A stretch of 64,000 nucleotides of DNA from Octopus sinensis (lineage: Eukaryota): NCBI RefSeq assembly GCF_006345805.1, contig NW_021831284.1, positions 790,232 to 854,231 of the forward strand, in the 5' to 3' direction. The translations under genes were made by a program, and so were the position numbers. Below the pieces are notes generated by a model. It did not search any database. It was given only the letters and a program-made list of their open reading frames with translations, and was not told the origin of the DNA. Shown piece after piece: positions 26,834-40,984 of this stretch (the stretch's first letter is position 1; each line of letters starts with the position of its first letter).

Positions 26834-28415
26834 TTTAATTCCCTTGGATATATTTATTTATATTTTAAATAATAAAAATTGATATTTAACATATTTTAAA
26901 AATAATCATAATTTTTCAGAATAGAAAGTATCACAAAAATTTAAGCCTTTTTTCTCGGTAAGCATGAGGCTTTTCCTTTTTATGCCCCGCAACCACTGAA
27001 GGTCGCTTTTTATAGAAGACTTGCATTTATATCCTTTTTGTTGTGATATTTAAGTTTGAGTTTATGGATTACTATCCATATGGCCATGCGGCCAGCCACA
27101 CCATAAAAGAAAAAATAGATGAAGCAGAGACACATGTCTTCGTTTGGATTAGTGAGTTTCTTGGTAACATGTTCTCTTTCTGCCTTGATCTTATGTGGCT
27201 GGTTAAGAGAGATATCAATATGTCATTCTCATCTTGCGGCATGGCTATTGTTGTTGTTCTCGGTAAGCATCGTTACATAAAAAAATCTAGCAAAGAATTT
27301 AGTAATTTGCTGATTTCCTTTCTGGTTTTAAAATCTTATCTTCGAAAGAAGGCATTTTTAAAAAATCTTTTTCCGAAATTTTAGTTTAAATGCTTTTATC
27401 GAAAATGCAAACATGCAAATAAGGGATATTGAGTCTTCTTTTTTACACTATACGGCTCATCCATACAATTTTTCCATCATTTAATTGTGAACTTTCTTTT
27501 TTATTGTAACCTGGTGATCCAGAGTTCAAATAATAATTGAAAAATGCAATAACAATTGAGGAATTAAACTTAATTAGATTTATATGTTTCATTCTCATAG
27601 ATACAATAAAACATTAATTGTAGTACTCAAACTATGATCACAGAGGTTTTTAGCTATTGTTAATACATTGCTACATCCAGGGATATCTTTGTGGTTAAAT
27701 AATTTAAAAAATCTTCCTGATTAAAATCGTTATGAAATATTAAATGGGTGTGCCAAAATTATACATACTAAAATATTTTGGCATTATAAGAAAACGTTGA
27801 AAACCAGCAATTAAAATGAATAACCGCAAAGTAATATAATTCATAAAGTAAAAAAATAAAATCTAGCACTTTGAAATAGTAAGTTTTAAAATACACCATT
27901 TTATACCGTCCTTCTTTGTTTATTTAAAATAATGACGTTTCTGGACTTCTAACACACTAAAAAATAAAGATGATATTCTTAAATTTAATTTCATATTTAG
28001 CTGCATTTAGACTTTTATTAAGTTTAATTGAAACAAATATAAACTATAATTTACTTATCGACTTTTAATAAATCTTGTTTAATAGACTATTATAAAGATA
28101 TTTAATTCCAATCTGTTCCCAATTGAACATAAATTATAGGAAAAAATTAAGATATCAATAGAAGATATCAATCACAGCTCGAAGGAACTATTGACAGCCT
28201 TAATCATTTTGTTAAGTTAAGCATTAATCATTTGATTGTTATTATCAGTACATATTAATCAATTTATATTGGCAATTCATTTAGAATGTAGCAAGAATTG
28301 GCAGCAGTTGCTTAGCGCTGTATATTAACGTAACTAAGACAATATAAATAATTGTATAAATAGACCGTGCTCCAAAAAAAGTAATTTGGACGCTACATTT
28401 TCAAGTTGGCTTAAT

Positions 28416-29631
28416 ATGCCCGATGAAGAAAGAAAACTAAGCAAGAGTAGAAAAGAAAGTTTTGAAGAAGAAACAACCCATTTAACAGAACTTCTAAAGG
28501 ACAAAAGAATTCTTCTGAATTATCCAAATATATTTATACATTTAGAACGTTTGCTTGATGAAGGTATTTAGAATTAATATATTTTATCATAAAATTAGTG
28601 ATTGTCGATATAAAATATTGATACTAATGCTAATTATAGAGATCAATAGAACTCGCTTGTCCCTACTGAATTATAACAAGAAAACTGTTTTTGATGAACC
28701 ACTTCCAGAGCAGAATGGGCCTATCGTTACTTTAACAGAAAAAATATTCATTCCAGTGAAAGAATACCCTGAGGTAAAAGTAAATGCTTAAAAAAAGTTC
28801 AATTTTGTTGGTAGAATTCTTGGACCACGAGGTATGACAGCAAAGCAATTAGAACGCGATACTTCATGTCGAATTATGATTCGTGGTCGTAGTTCCATGA
28901 GAGATAAAATAAAAGTTTATTTTACTTGTCACCAGAATATGTAGCTAGGAAGAGCAACATCGTGGAAAGCCAAATTGGGAACATTTAAACGAAGATCTGC
29001 ATGTTTTACTTTCAGTAGAAGATACGCAAGCTCGTGCTGAGATGAAAATGGAACGAGCAGTTATAGAAATAAAAAGACTTTTAATTCCTTCTGTACTATA
29101 ATTATATTTAATAATTTTGTTGCTCGATTATTGATCAGCAACATCAGCTATTATTGATCTATCTAATTTTTAATTTTAGTTGGAGGGTGAGGACGAACTT
29201 AAAAAGCTTCAGCTCATGGAACTCGCTATTCTTAATGGTACATATCGCGACGACAACAAAAGCAGTACAATTTGTGTTTTTAATGAGTTAAAGAATCTCT
29301 TAATCAATCTTATTCATTCGATTCTTCTGCATCTACAAATCAGCTAATGTTCTCTCCTTTTCAAACAAATTATCCATTTTCAATCTGCTATGCGTCTCCT
29401 TCTATAGATACAAAAAATTCTCAACAAGGTCAATCTCCTTTACAGAATCAACAATCTATGGGAATGATGGGGTATATGTCAGCGAGACCTTATATGAATC
29501 CTGCTGATTTTTCAACTGTGTTTTATGTGGATCCCTATTCTTCGATTTCCGGATCTGCTTATTTCGACAACGCTCAGTCTTCCTCGGACATAAAACATGC
29601 AATAGATCCTCAAGGAGCTCAAGAAAGTTAG
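28416..29631 (+). CDS. QKI: Quaking/how STAR-family KH RNA-binding protein; start uncertain
   Basis: QUA1 [13 protein letters not shown]; [21 protein letters not shown] after a 24-nt intron (28774-28797); [13 protein letters not shown]; QUA2 [21 protein letters not shown]. Confidence 0.93.
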
Positions 29632-30234
29632 ATAAGTAATTGGATTTATTTATTTAAATTATGGATATTATCTTTCTTTAGTCATTTAACGAATTTTCTT
29701 ATATTTTAATGTGACGTAATATGACAATTAAAGTCCATTAGGAATTAGTAGTACAAATAGAATCGATTTTTAAACAAAATGCTTTGTTTAAGTACAAAAA
29801 TATATTTTTATTTAAACAGATGCTGCTTTGTCACGAGTAGGGCAACCGAAAATGGCACTTAGTTTTCACAAAAATAGCACATTATTTTTATAACTTTTGT
29901 CTTCATTTGGATTCTTGTGTTGTTTTGAATTTTTAAGACTTAGTTATAAGCTAACTCCATCTTGAAACAACTAAAATATTAGTAATGACAATATAATTAT
30001 TTTTGCACTAACGGGAAATTACAAGCTAATTAAATGCACCACGGTTAGTATCCTTACACACATCCGATTCCATCCCTCCTGTTATCGACGCGTACACATT
30101 AATGATAGTGATCAGGGAGTTGGGTCTGGTTCCCCATTTTATTTGAAGTATTGCCTATTTTTTAGGTGGTAAATATTTTTTAAGGACACGTCAAACAAAA
30201 AACATAATTTACAACGAAGACGTTTCATTGTTAA

Positions 30235-31677
30235 TTAATGAAGAATCGGATATAGGAATCGTCTTCCTATTCCGCACTGGTTTTTTTGTTTCTTGCTATT
30301 TTAACATAACCACTCAATCCCCAATTTGGACCCCAACTGTTTTTTTGTGCTTAAATTTGATACCTGTTTTTGATAAGCCAATATTCTTTCTCTTTTTCTA
30401 TCCCATATCCGACAAGAGTAACCGCATGACTCATTTTTTTGCCACAGTGAGGATTATCATAGACTCCTATTGTGCTGTAAAAATATTAACAACCTCGAGA
30501 ATAAAATCGAAAGTATAAGCTGATTCGTCTAAATTTTTTTTTTTAGTTTTCTGCTCATTATTAAAACAATGAGGACGTGAAAAGATAGCTAAGCTAATTA
30601 CTGGCCTCACGAGACACCCGGCCAGCCTCGCGAATGGCGAAGCCGTTCCCTCGGATCACAGCAATCGACAGACGTTCCAGGAGCCAAGAATACTCTCTTT
30701 GATCGTGGCTAGTCCTTGAAATCCGTCGGCCGAGCGAGCGAAGGAAGCGGAGTGTCTTGGGGCCGAAAATCCCGGATTCGTCTAAATAAACTGCAAGCGG
30801 ACCGATTTTCACCAAAGTTTTTAATAATTTTGATTCAGAAGCAGAACGGCTAGCATATTTTGAGATTTTAACTGAATTTTTCTTGTATTTCCATGTATTT
30901 TTCTACAATAAATTTCAACTCTGTCACCAGTCCCTCGTATGGGTACTGAGCAGTTGTGCTTATCCCTTTATTGCGAATGATATAATTATAAACATCTTCA
31001 ACAAATCCACCTTTACATCAGTTATAATTAAGGCAATCGAGCACATTTTGTTAACTAAAACTGGTCAACGTTTTGTTTTGGATTGCGTATGTTTTTGTTT
31101 GTGATTCCAAACTGCCAGGAAAATAGTTATTTTTTACAGACCGCCGCGAATATAAAACATGATCCACATTTTTTTTGGTTTTTGACTTTGGTGACTACAT
31201 TTTGATCTCTCCAATCAAAATGTGGCGGAAAATCATGTTTTTGAGAATCAAGTTCAATTTCTGAAATTTTTTTTTCAAATTCAGTCGTTTCGTGCTGCCA
31301 CAAATTATATAGTTGTGAGAATTCCTCGTTCGTCTGAAGATATTGTCGATACAAATGAGACCATGTCTGCAAATGAATTGATTCCCAATTTATAAGAGAT
31401 GCCATTTTTTTCAAATTCTAAATTATGTTGATCTATCAGAGCTAGATTATTCTGGAAGGTCTCGCGTCTTTTGAAAATTTCGTTCTGTCCGTACTTTTTT
31501 GCTATAAAATTAAGATGTTTGACAAGCCAACGATATTTTTCGATGAAATTTAGCCATCTTTGATTACTTTTTGAATCGTATAAACTGGTCAAGTTAGTTT
31601 CGTGTTTGCTGTTTTTTATTCTTAGCCTCTGAACGACATTTTTTTGTGAAAATGAGTCCTAAAATAAGTAGATTCAT
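30235..31677 (-). pseudogene. Cathepsin L-like papain protease pseudogene
   Basis: I29 prodomain (RETFQNN...GINSFADM), FDWRD, QKKCGSC, GPLAVYLD, HAVTLVGYG, YWLIKNSWG; in-frame TAA and TGA, frameshifts, and an exonic CRE insertion. Confidence 0.85.
30534..30774 (-). mobile_element. 5'-truncated CRE copy inserted in a cathepsin exon
   Basis: GIFGPKTLRFLRSLG...WLLERLSIAVIRGN, poly-A tail, TSD GATTCGTCTAAA(T) at 30522 and 30775. Confidence 0.9.
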
Positions 31678-31839
31678 TGACAAGAAATAGGTTGAATATT
31701 AATAATTAATTCCACTTGGATATTGTATTAGTTTTTTGAAAAACTGAAGAAAAAATAAATCACTAAATACAGATGAAAAAAATAATTTGTTCAAGTTTTC
31801 TAAAAATCTGTAATTTTTTCATTTTTTAGATTTATTTGA

Positions 31840-32200
31840 ACTTTGCGTTGCAGATTTTATCGAGTTGTATTTTGACCTTCATATTCTAATGTTCTCGTTT
31901 TTGTCAAAAACCAATGATGGAACAAATGATAGAATATTTTTAACGTAATTAATATTTATTCAAAATTTTGCTTTTCCGGAGCTACTAATTCAAAAAGGCA
32001 TCAAATTTGTTTATTAAAAAATTTATTTGATAACTTTGGACCTCCTCAAATATTAAAATCAAAGGTAAATGATTAAAAAATGAGATAGTTACTTTATTAT
32101 GTCAAGAATTCAACATTTTTCAAAGGTTTAATCGCCCAAGACACACTCAATCACAGGGTCAAATTAAAAGGTGTGATCAAACAAATTTATTTTAGACGTT
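31840..32200 (+). mobile_element. Decayed Ginger2-like integrase remnant
   Basis: VADFIEL, NVINIYSKFCF, FGPPQIL, RPRHTQSQGQIKR in broken frames. Confidence 0.65.
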
Positions 32201-32734
32201 AAAATTAAAAGTATTTGCAGGGGTACAAAAAAGAAAACGATATTTAAATCATGGATCAATAGAAGTTGAAAATTTTAATGAAAATCCAAAATATTTAAAT
32301 TGAATTGAATAAAAGCCGTCATTTATGACAAACTTAACCACGTTGTGCACGTTAAAATTCGCTCATTCAAATATGAGATGTCATTCAGTCCAAGTCCCAC
32401 GGTAAAGTATTATCGTTCTAATGTAAAATCATAAAATAGGTTAAATACAAAATTTATCCAATATAATGCAAGATTTGTACCAAATTAAGACATTCAGATT
32501 TTATAATAAAATTTATTATTATAAACTAAGCCCAATTCGAGCTAAGATCTATATAGAACTGTTATATTCATTGTAAGATTTTCATGCCTGCATAAACATC
32601 ATAAAATCAATGAGATAAAAATATTTCTAAAAAATAGTACAGAAATTATTATATTTGAACCAAGACTAATTGAACTCGCCATAATTAACCTTAAAGAGTT
32701 TATTCCAAACAAAAAATAACGAGAAATGGTCAAA

Positions 32735-33654
32735 TTATTCGATAACCATCTGACTCTCAATCGAATACTCAATCACCTCTGTCTTGAGTACCGAAGTTGT
32801 GGAATCCGGATAAATCAAAGAATTAATTCTACAAATAAATAATATAACAAACATGGAAGGAGCCTGTTTTCGAAATCCCCTGATAAGCCGAGACCCTTCA
32901 TTAGTAATAATGCAAATATCAATATCATTTCCCGACCCCAAATCCAATTTGCGTCCAGCATCCACTGCCAACGTCGCCAACTTAATCGCGTCATCTTCGC
33001 TCATCGTCGGGGAATATGAGGCCTCCAAAACAGACACAGCGGCAAGTGACCCCGACCCTGAATACAAACTAAGGTCACTCCAAATTAACCATAGGCACCG
33101 AATGGAGTCGAAGAAGTGTACCCGTTGTTGCTTATTCGGTACAAATGACTCCCCCGAGAATCGACGCCTCCCATAATCAAGTGACAGCCCAAATACCCCT
33201 GGTAACTATACAACTTGAAAATAGTTCATTCACTTGAAAAGATGGCGACGAAACATTTCCCTTGCAGTACAAGCGAGAGGGGGCCTTCTTGTTGTCTGGG
33301 AATGTAATTCAAGCTGAGTCTTTATGAAATGAGGAACTTTGTCTAAATCGGCTGCCACTCCAGCTCCGGCAACACTAAAGTTATATTCTGGTGGGCCTAC
33401 TATATTTTATCGGCGACTGGGACTATTTTTTGTGTGTGCTTATTGGCAATGACTGAGCCCATGGTTGATCTCGTGTCTGCGGCTAATATTACACCGCCCT
33501 TGAAGATTGGTTTTGTTAATTATACTTTATATATTAATCCACACACCGTTGTTCCGTGTTTATATTTTAATGGTTCCATTCCAAGTTTATCACATAAAGC
33601 AGAATGACTGGAGTTATATTATTAAAACTACATTTTAATTTGTGTATCTAGCAT
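32735..33654 (-). CDS. PSMB7: Proteasome subunit beta type-7 (beta2), multi-exon
   Basis: KHGTTVCG, VILAADTRST, CAGAGVAAD-like exon, MGGVD, GSGSLAAVSVLE, DLGSGNDIDICII. Confidence 0.93.
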
Positions 33655-34323
33655 GATGGCAACAACAAAACCACACCGGATCAAGAAATTTGAATTTTAA
33701 CAAATTAATTTAAGCAATTTGTGAATAAAAAAATAACAAATTAAAGTCCACTTTATCGAACAGCTGGAAAAGACATTGAAACTAGCCTACGGAGTACAAT
33801 CCGATCCTATCATCCAGATGGTCTTGGAGGAAAGTTGTGCCGAGTAATTATAATTGGAGTTAGAAAGAGACAATTCAATGCCTTATTTTTATTTTTCCAT
33901 TAATTTCTTGTTTTTTGGGTTTTTCTTAAACAATAAAAATAATTCAATTAAAAAATTAAAGTCCAATGAAATATAAAAATTATAAAACTACATCTTAAAA
34001 GTATTGATTTAAAATTAATTTCAAATCAAAAATTTTTTCGTATAAATATCAGAAAATACATAATTTTTTGAATGCATAATTGGCAATTCATAAACAGAAA
34101 CAACTTCTCCGGAAGCTATTTTTAACATTAAAAAATAGAAAAATGAAAATCTGGTTTTTTAATTCAAATTGACAATATTTTTGACTCTTATACTAAAGGG
34201 AAGTGCTACAACAGTAGGGATTAGAGAGAGCAACTAATTGTAAAAAGTCGACAATTATGCTACCAGTCGATTAAACTGAAAATGGACAATAAATCAGAAA
34301 TAATTAGAAAATTTGGATCGAAA

Positions 34324-35419
<1,096 letters not shown>

Positions 35420-35420
<1 letters not shown>

Positions 35421-35510
35421 AACTTAACGACGTGGTTCAGGCCAGCGTGTCTCGGGATACGCCCGTGCTTAAGCGGCACGAAAGGGGGTGGAGACCATCG
35501 GGGTCAATCA
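35420..35510 (-). mobile_element. CRE internal fragment (zinc-knuckle region) abutting the V-ATPase B copy
   Basis: IDPDGLHPLSCRLSTG, then frameshifted [11 protein letters not shown], matching HPLSC...PRHAAINDTV. Confidence 0.75.
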
Positions 35511-36617
35511 TGTGATAATAAAAAAATTGACGAAGATAGATGAAAAAATATTTTTTTAGAAAAATTTTGGGCGATTGATTATCATGTTTTATATTGAATG
35601 ATATAAATTACAGATTTTTTACATCTGACGGATCAATAAGACAGGCGACAATTTTGACATTCCATTAAAGCAATTAGTGACGGATTTGTCCTTCATCACA
35701 TACATATTGTATCACATGTTAATTTTAAATCCAATAAAAATGCCACAATTAAAATCGAGCTGACATACAATTTGGCAGTAATTCTTTTATCCAATGAGTT
35801 TTAGTCATTTCTATTTAAAAAGATATTTTGAAGTGCTAAAAAGTCAATTAGACAAAAATTATTTAGAGAACACTCGGGTGTCAGTTTGATTGTCACTTCT
35901 CAGTATTAAGTGATTTCTGGCATAATAATGATATTAATGAAACTTTGATGTCATATATAAATTAATAACTAAACATATTTTACTAATAATATTAGTCGAA
36001 TGGTACCAAATTTCAATGTTTTTAATGTGCAAAATTCTATTTATGGCTAAAAATAATTTAGATTTTTTAAATTGAGAATTACTTGACATTGATATAAATG
36101 CTTTACGTTCAGTTAATAATCAATTTGCGCATTGTGTATCTATAATTTCTAGAACACCGTATTTTGAATCACATTTTTAATATGGATTCAACAGAAATTT
36201 TTTTAAATAAGGTTTAACATTTTTTCTAGCAGTATTAAAATAACTGTCCATGTTTACTTTAAACATATAAATGATTTTAATATTATATAAAGATTATAAT
36301 CTTAAAAATGTGGTTTATCAATATTGTTTGATTTAATGTTAAATTCTCGCCTTAAATGTAGACAAAAATTATTTTATTAGATTCAACTATTATCTAAACT
36401 ATAGAGAAGTAATCTCATTTTTTGATATTTTTTTAAAAAATATAGAGTTAAATACCATAATTTAAAATATTTTTACCCCATATGCAACTTAGCAATAGAT
36501 CAAACTTGTAAATGAATTTAGTATATCGTATATCAATTTTAAATTATTAATTTGCTTATGTCGCACAATATTTGCTATAAAGTTGATATTATTTTTATAT
36601 AAATATTCAAGAACTTT

Positions 36618-37725
36618 ATGAACTCATGCTCGCTTTGTACCTGCCAGAAATTCGTATGTAAATCTACTTGGAATCGTAAATGTGATTCTTGTCATCATTT
36701 CTTGATCTGTCATGGTATGACTTATATGCTGAAGTTGACTTTGTAGTAAAATCTAACGAACGTCAATTATCTCAAATCTATATCGGAATTTTTGAAGCTA
36801 TTTTATACAAGAACTATCAAATTCCAACGTCATTACAACAATTTGTTCAATTGGTTGCCACACTTCTTCCAGGAAATCAACTCGGCGAAAAGCTCAATAT
36901 TTTGGGTTGGAGTTTGGAGAATTTTAATAGATATTCTAAAGTTATTCAATGTTATAATAATTTTAGAATATTGAAGGAGTTGAAAACGAGCAAAGCAAAA
37001 TATCAAAAGAAGAAGAAAACTTTATTTTATTAAAAATTCAAAAACTTTATATAGATCATAGCCAAGCATATACCTCAAAACAGTACAGACTAAATGATTC
37101 CAGGAATACCCAACATGCAACGTTCAACGTTGAAAATTTATATCAAAATAATTCTCCAATTTTAGGAATGTTTATGTACTCTGTCTTTCAATATCAATAT
37201 GAGCTTTATATGCGTCAAGTTTATGAAAATTTCACCAAGCAGATGCAAAATTTTGTAATACAGAAAGCATTTTCACAAGAGCAGTTAATCAATAGCTACG
37301 CAGAAAATAGTGATAAATACACTCGTTCAAATATTACATATACATGCCAATCGGTTACCCCGGAAATAAGAAAAAATATAAAAACCAAAGAAAATTTTTC
37401 ATTCCAACAAAATTTTTATGGAGGTATCATAACTGAACAAAACGGAAAGAAACGAGTTCTCTGTAGCAAATGTGGAAAGACATTTTGCGACCGAGGAGCT
37501 TTAAAAATACATGTGAGTGCAGTCCATTTGTGTGAATCTCATTACTGTACTGTACCTGGCTGCAAAATGAGCTTTTCTTCCAGAAGAAGTCGGAATAGAC
37601 ACAGTGCTAATAAAAATCCTAAATTGCATTGTTCAACGCGTTTTTTGAGGAAAAAGTCAGAAACTCCCCTAAGGGATATCACCAAAATGATTTCAAAATC
37701 AGATTTATCATATCAAAAAATGTGA
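36618..37725 (+). CDS. BNC: Basonuclin/disconnected-family zinc-finger protein
   Basis: N-terminal CSLCTCQKF...KCDSCHH joined by a 20-nt intron (36715-36734) to [11 protein letters not shown]; paired C2H2 [17 protein letters not shown]...CTVPGC...[17 protein letters not shown]. Confidence 0.9.
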
Positions 37726-38099
37726 TTGTCTATATTTCTAACATTTCATTCAAATTATATACTAGTGAATTTGTTTTCTTATTTTTACTATCGAAAAATT
37801 AGTTGTTTTTATCGAATTACCACTTTAAAAAGGTTCAAAGGGATTAGATTTCGCTACCTCAAAGACCTCACTTCTCGATTTCTACCAACCGTTGTACAAT
37901 TTCTAATTTCTAAATTTGGAAATTTAGTTCTAGGAAAATCTGAAGTTAGAAAATTTCAAATTTTTCACGCTTTGCAAAAATATTTGGTTATCATGCGATC
38001 TATAAAGTTTGCGTTTCTCTCAATGTCTGTTCCACTTAATTAACATAACAATTTCCCATTAGAAATACGAAAGACAGGACAAGTAACATTTCGTGATTC

Positions 38100-38560
38100 C
38101 AACACGCAGGAGAAGACTCCTCATTTTGACCCGATTTTCCTCACGAGTACCCACGCAAGCGCGCAGTGGTTGTGTGGCCTTGACTTCGTTTCTTCATCTG
38201 ATCGTCCATATAGCATCAAGACATCATCCATGCTCGTAGGAGTCGACAGTTTGCCTTTTGTCCAATGCTCCGTGATTGTTACAGCTTTTTTCAGGCTCGC
38301 CTCAATCCTCAGTTTATTGGACCAGGAAATGGAGTTGACTCATCGTGCAATAAACAAGGCACGATGTACTGGTTTATAGACATCCAAGTACTGGATGCTT
38401 TCAAACTTTTAAATTCGAGAGAGACACTTCAATACGTTGGTCTTCTATCGCATTTTGTTAAGATGTCCACGTGTGGAGAGAAGAACATGTGAGCATTGAA
38501 CGTAACTCCTAGAATTTTCAGAGTTCGGCAAAACAGAATTTCGTTGTTGTTCAAGGTAGG
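38100..38560 (-). mobile_element. Decayed I/Jockey-group LINE 3' fragment
   Basis: LKILGVTFNAHMFFSPHV resembles the RT thumb of the LINE at 17.3-19.6 kb; GC-rich island. Confidence 0.55.
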
Positions 38561-39658
38561 AACCACTGATTTCTTCCCATATCTTTTGTTTGAGGCGAAG
38601 AAATTAATTTTACTAATATACGTGATTTTGGGTCAATAAACAAATAATGATTTATTCCTCTAAAAATATCTTTGTAATAGTTTATAAATTTATAATCAAT
38701 ATTTATTGCAAGAAGTTTTTTACTTACGAGATAAAATTTCTCATTTCTTTTATTTTTAAGTATTTAAATCTGATAAGAATGAGCTATTGAATTTAGTTAA
38801 ATATTCAATTAGTAAAAATTCAGCTTTTATATTGACATCAAATCGATGTAATATGTAAATATTTGTCTTTAATATCATCTAGAATAATTAACATAGCACT
38901 ATTACATGGAATAGAAACCGAGCTTCCCTGTTCCATTAGCATCAAGTAGAATTCAAAGAAAAACTGCGCATAAAATTGATAAATCACGTTAAATAACTAT
39001 TTATTGTTCTATTTTATAAGTTTGGTACTTTTTATTTTATTTTCACAAACTTGTTTTTGAATAAATTACTTGTTTTAATCTTATTTTTGAATTATTTACA
39101 GAAAAAATAATGTGGAAATTGTTTATATCGACTACTGCCTGTGTAATTATAGCGGCACAACAAAGAAAGCACTTAATGCCGAAGACTTTGAAGTTTAATG
39201 TACGCTCATTCTTTAAATTAATTACCAATTCGCTTGATACCTACTTAAACTAATTCTCCGCAATGTTGCCACTAATTCTATTCAGGTACGGTTTGGTTAT
39301 ACTTGTTTATCATTTATACATCGCGTAGTGTTAAAACTATGATATTTGGTTGGTTTCTTATCATTTATTACATATTAAAATTAGTATACATTGCATACAA
39401 TTTGTATTGTTTTTTTACTGATTGCTGGAATCGATTTTTATTTCATTGTTTTTCAACATTTCAAAGCTTTTGACCATAATAATGCGTCGCTTTAAGGATT
39501 ATATTGCTGACAGCGTTAGCATGGTTGATCTAGGAAACTCCATGTTTGTTTTGTGTCGGATTATTATATATTAAAATAGTATATTTTAATAATTTATTAT
39601 TATTACTGGATCGGCTATTTAATACTGATGATGCCTCTTTTAGTGGATTACAAATCAA

Positions 39659-40891
39659 ATGGATAACGGCGCTGAAATCACCTCAGTGAAAAATAACGAG
39701 CCTCCTCGGTTCAACACTTTTGATGAACTACTCAAAAACTCGAGGGATTAATGGCATTTAAGACATTCCTTGATAAGTTACACCTTGGAGACTGTCTTGA
39801 CTTTTATTTTGCTTGTAAAGGAATTATCAAAATCACCGAACCAATTGCTTTTTACAACCATGTTAAATCTCTTTATCATCGGTTTTTTATTCGCGAGAAT
39901 ATTTCTTGTCTTTCTCCTGAAATGGCTAGTCGGATATATCTAAGTGTCAATATGAAGGACAAATCTGTTGAATTTAAGAAATTATTCAAAGAAGCTAAAT
40001 CTGAGACTTACGTTTTTTTGAAGGACAATTATTTCCGGATTTTCCTTTTATCTCCTGAATATCTCGAATTTTTAAACAATACTGACGTTTTCAAGCCCGA
40101 ACTGAAAGCTTACAGCCATCAAAGTTGTTTAAACTTGTCTAAATCGAAAAATATGTGGAAACATCCAAGTCAGCAAATAGTTAATACTTATTTAATCTTA
40201 TTTTTTAGATAAATAGACCTCGATATCACCCAAGTTCGGCTCTCAGTGATTCAAGGACTTTTGGGAATGAACTTTCTAGAATCGAGAATATGTGTAGTAA
40301 TAGAACTCAGATGGTTGTTATTTAATAGTTCGATAATAAAACAGGGCAATGAGATGTCCTTCGATCGCTCTCATATTCAACCTGATGATATTCTAGAGGA
40401 ACATATCTCAAAAATATGGGATAAAACATCTATTAAAAAAGCTTCAATTCCTCTGAATATAAAGTCCGGATCTTGTTTTGCTCAAAGACTTAATGAAACT
40501 GTATTAATCGTAGTATATTTACTTATTAATAGGTAAGGTCAATTAATTTTAGCACTGAAAAATTTCCATACTTGTTAGCTGCTCTCAGGGCTCTCTTGTG
40601 GTTGGGTATCAATTTTCCAATGAAAAATTTCCCTTTCGGACTATAGTTAATGAACCTACAATTGATTTGAGAGCTTTTAAGAAAATTGTGGGAAGGAAAG
40701 GATCTTTTCGGTAAAAGTTTGCAGCTATAATTATTTTTAGATATTTTTTTAAAACAGCTTGTTTTGATTTTGACTCTTCTGTTGCATTTGTAGAACTTTT
40801 TAATGATTCAGATGAAATTCCCCTTTGGGAAGGAAAAGTATTTTCAAAGATTTTCCCGAGCTGTTCTGATTGGTCTCACTTGTCAAAATGA
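39659..40891 (+). CDS. AXIN: Axin (compact: RGS, GSK3- and beta-catenin-binding motifs, DIX)
   Basis: RGS FKTFL...LDFYFACKG...FLLSPEYLEF; TFGNELSRIE; DILEEHISKIW; DIX YQFSNEKFPFRT...KGSFRYFFK...IPLWEGKV; one 1-nt frameshift near 39735. Confidence 0.85.
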
Positions 40892-40984
40892 AAAAATATA
40901 TATATTATTGTACGGGTGTCGATCCTAATCTGAATTGGCATAATATCATTTTTTAATTTTGTGTTTTTAATGAATAATATATTA

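Noticed and set aside
26940-27384. GC-richer patch with a + strand ORF, and a minus-frame KRKSLMLTEKK resembling a Tigger N-terminus
   Set aside because: Too short and stop-ridden, and no TIRs; cannot be assigned.
30990-31060. In-frame TGA in the cathepsin as possible selenocysteine, given SBP2 in the window
   Set aside because: It replaces a glycine position, the same exon has a TAA stop, and the gene has other lesions.
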